A DNA stretch of 64,000 nt, taken from NCBI GenBank assembly GCA_051942205.1, contig JAVECO010000070.1:1-64000 (forward strand), in the 5' to 3' direction. Position numbers and translations under genes: made by a program. Numbering within the stretch: the stretch's first letter is position 1; each line of letters begins with the position of its first letter. The notes below the pieces were generated by a model. It was given only the letters and a program-made list of their open reading frames with translations, did not search any database and was not told where the DNA came from. This document shows positions 60,849 to 64,000 of this stretch, one piece after another. Source of the stretch: Coniocarpon cinnabarinum (lineage: Eukaryota).

Positions 60849-62359
60849 ATCGAAACGGTTGTGAGCCTAAGTCGACGCTCTGCTTGCATCTGTCTGATAT
60901 GGAGAGACGTCAGTCTATTAACCTCATCATGCGCATGGGCAGAGCAAGCACCGTTTTATCTCACAACGTCGTGATTATTCATTCTTGAAACTTAATTTTA
61001 ACGGCCCAGACAGCTACGGACAGGATTTGATTTACCCTACAATGTGTAAGGGCGCAAATTGGCGCTATCTTTGATGGCAAACTCATGACAATGAAGGGAA
61101 GAGACGAAAGATTTTTTTGGTTGACAGCAGAAGGCAAGATGTCACATGAGTGCACTTTACCCTGCGCTCTTTCACTGGGAGGTCGAGCAGATCAGGCCCG
61201 GGGGTACAATCGCCCTCATGTTCTTCATTTGGCACAGGCCAGTCTCAGCACACATGATTATCTTCATCTCTTCTGCACGGATTTTTCTCACAAGCTCGTT
61301 CCTACGCACATTCATATTCGTTAACGTTTGTACGACAATGAGAATTTTGATAGCACAAGCTTGGAGCACTTGGCGACAGCTAGGGATCTTGACGCGCCGG
61401 TGATCATTCTCAGGGGCCGTCGTCACGCTTTTAATCGCACCTCTGATCGCAAAGCTCGCACTGGCTGTGCGCTACATTGCATTAGTGAAGTGTCATTGAT
61501 TGGTCCTGAGTTTCTGGCCTTGCCTCGTCCAACCTCTCGGATACGTGACCTGCTCACTACAAGGCTTCACTCAATCGTAAAGCACGAACGTCGTCGTGCA
61601 CTCTACTGCCTTCTCGAAGACCGTAATACGTTAGGGCGTAGTAGAGTGCTCCTCGGGATACGTGAATCTCTGCGAGGATATAAAGGATCATGGGGACTGA
61701 GCTCCAGAATGTGACAAGCGTTGATTAGTATTGCTGGTCAAATATCTTACTGAGTTGGACAAGGCAGCCACTTCTGCGAGTATCTGGACATATTGCACTG
61801 CCCTCGACTTTTGCAGCGGCCTCCCCTACTCTCCGGAACACGTGACCAACTTACCATTGATTACAATTTAAGAATGGTGGTAGCGCGCTTCACTGCCCTC
61901 GGAAACTCCTCGAAATGCAGCCAGTCTTTTAGCATGTGGCTTGGTTGTTGCCCAGAGAAAAGACAACAGAGCTAATAGGTGCCTTCTGACGTTGCACAAG
62001 GGCGTTATTGAATGTGATGAAAGCTGCGTTGAATAGTCGAACCTGGGTAACACTGCAGGATATTCAAGATGGTGTAGTTGATTTGTCCTTGAATATGCAC
62101 AACTCCATGGTCAAAGGGATACTTCGTCGAGCATAACTCAGACGACGGACGAAGTGAAAAAAGTTCTTGCGCGCAGTTTCATCCTCATTTGTAAAGGCGA
62201 CAGATCGCTTAAGTCACAGGTAAAGAAACAATTGAAACATGACGGCGTACTGCGAGGCCGGCGTAGACTCATCAATTGCAAATTGAAGCAGTAGTCGTGA
62301 TCTAGAATACTTACAGACAATGCCATAATTTACGGCGCCACGTCTCAATCCCAGCATAA

Positions 62360-64000
62360 TCATGCCAACGCACCCATTGGATCCCACAGCGGTAGCACCG
62401 TAGGCTCCTGATCGAGCACTGCCCGAGTCTCCTTGCTAACAAAGTTGGGATCGACCACGACCTGGTAAACGAACTCGTCCATCCACTCGTCGCTCATGAC
62501 AAAATAACCCTTGTCACCTGCGTTCTCACTCCAGCTGTTTTCCACGCGCCATCGTGTGCTGTAGCGTTGGTTGTTGGAGCCTTTCTCAACTTGCACGCCT
62601 AGAGTCATGCTCGTTAGCCCAAACAGCACAAAGACCTCGAATGAGCTCGAACTGAAGGAGTGCAAAATTCGCTCCGGTTTACACGAAGGAAGGGGCACAG
62701 GTCAAAGCTGTGGACTCACCTGTTAGTACCATGGCATGCGTCATGGCCGATTCGCCTGTCCGTAAACGCTCTGATTTGCTCATGCCGAGGCGGACATTGA
62801 AACCGAGCTCGAAGTCATACAGAGACGTGTCCATGATGCCCTATACCTCATTATTAGCTCTGGATCATAGATGGAGCATCTCTAAGCGTGCACATACTTG
62901 TCTGCTGTCGCTGTACTTGCCAACATCGCTGCCAAAGAACACCGGAATGCCAGCTTGCAGGCTACACACAAAGTTAGCATGAGTCTCGATGTCAACATGC
63001 AATGTTGGCACGCATGATCAATGAGCATGACTAAAGCGTATTCCGCTGGACTCACGTTTTGATTGCCGCAGCTTTCATGTCTTGCATGCTGACGTTTACG
63101 TATCGGATTGGTAGACCACCGTAGACATTTCCTAGCCGATCGACAGTGAGAAGCGTGTTGTACGCATGGCGAGGATCGTTGACAAGCGAGAACAGGCGGT
63201 GCACGTCTGTGCCTGCGAACGCGCGTACGACGGAAGACGCAGCTAGAGAAGAAGCGAAAGCCATTGGCGTTGTTGTGAGTTTCTGGTACTTGTTGTCCTT
63301 GTCCGTGTACTCCCAGGTGAAGTCGTCTTGAGGAGACGGGGGTGGGCCCAGCATCAGAATGAGGATTTGGTGGATTTCTCGAAGCATTGCAGTCTTCGCC
63401 GCAGCAAGTGACGAGCTTGATGGCCTTTCGTCCTTTTCACTGGCAGCATGCTCTGACTTTGCAAGCGATCTGAGTCGCACTGCGTCTTCACGGAGCTTCG
63501 TTGTGATGAGACTGGACATGATCGAAGAGTTCTCGGCGTTGAATGCGTCAGGATAGAGATCGTGCGGCACGAGACCATACTTCTGAACGAGATTGGCTAC
63601 CATGTCCCACTGACCGCCATCTCCTACTGGCGAGGCCATCAAAGCTTTGAGTAGACGTCCATCTAGTGGCTCATCAATAGTGTCCAGAACAGATTCAAGG
63701 AAGTAGTTGGCCTTCTCTAGCTTGTCCCAGAAAAAGAGGTATGCTTGACTGAGCTGGAATTCGCTGAGGTTGTATCGCTTCATGAGAGGTATTCTGAAGA
63801 CGTTTGTAGAGGCGAAAAGCCAGCAACCTTCAGGTGCAGTCATCAGCAAGATGTCACTGCCATACGAAGGGTCTTGGACTTACGACCAGATGCCTTCTGG
63901 TTTGTAATTGGCGAGCCTTCAACGGGAATGTGAATGTCGAAGGTCTGTGGATGGGTGACTTTGGATGCATTGTTGGAGATGATGTTCCTCGCAGACTGTT
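62360..64000 (-). CDS. LAP3: Bleomycin hydrolase / cysteine aminopeptidase (C1B), 5' end outside the window
   Basis: ITNQKASGR^CWLFASTN, LSQAYLFFWDKLEKANYFL, GDGGQWDM, AMTHAMVLT, WRVENSW, C-terminal WDPMGALA. Confidence 0.96.

Noticed and set aside
60849..62359. Search for an NLR (NACHT/NB-ARC) partner next to the HeLo gene
   Set aside because: Only short, motif-less ORFs are present, with no P-loop or WD/ANK/TPR repeats on either side within the window.
1..64000. Transposons, CRISPR arrays, rRNA, telomeric repeats
   Set aside because: No transposase/RT motifs, LTR/TIR pairs, spacer arrays, rRNA sequence or TTAGGG tracts were seen. Other GGTTCGA-like hits (e.g. ~7353, ~62037) lack a cloverleaf.

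Overview
Gene-dense window of a filamentous ascomycete (Pezizomycotina, possibly Dothideomycetes; taxonomy inferred from gene content and short GT..CTRAC..YAG introns). The backbone is about 20 housekeeping genes: GET4, ADI1, phosducin-like, VRG4, SKP1, SMP3, ATG101, PEX3, BET5, CaMKK, Spo12-like, CDC34, RUP1-like, MMM1, VMA13, AKTIP/FTS-like, ITC1, SUR1, AVT1, BMT2, RPL25, TIM8 and LAP3. Accessory patches lie at 26-31 kb, 35-39 kb, 49-52.5 kb and 58.8-60.9 kb, and three of them carry damaged genes. Two observations stand out. (1) A tRNA-Gly(CCC) gene at 1200-1364 (-) has a normal 37/38 tRNA intron and also a 59-nt spliceosomal-type intron (GTGAGT..CACTAAC..AG) in its T-stem; removing it restores the T-stem and acceptor stem exactly. 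(2) A head-to-head gene pair at 58.8-60.85 kb: a HET-S-like HeLo protein with a C-terminal two-repeat amyloid-like motif, and a non-NLR DUF6590-like protein carrying one copy of the same motif near its N-terminus. This is a candidate fungal amyloid-signalling module. All family assignments come from motif recognition by eye; no searches were run.
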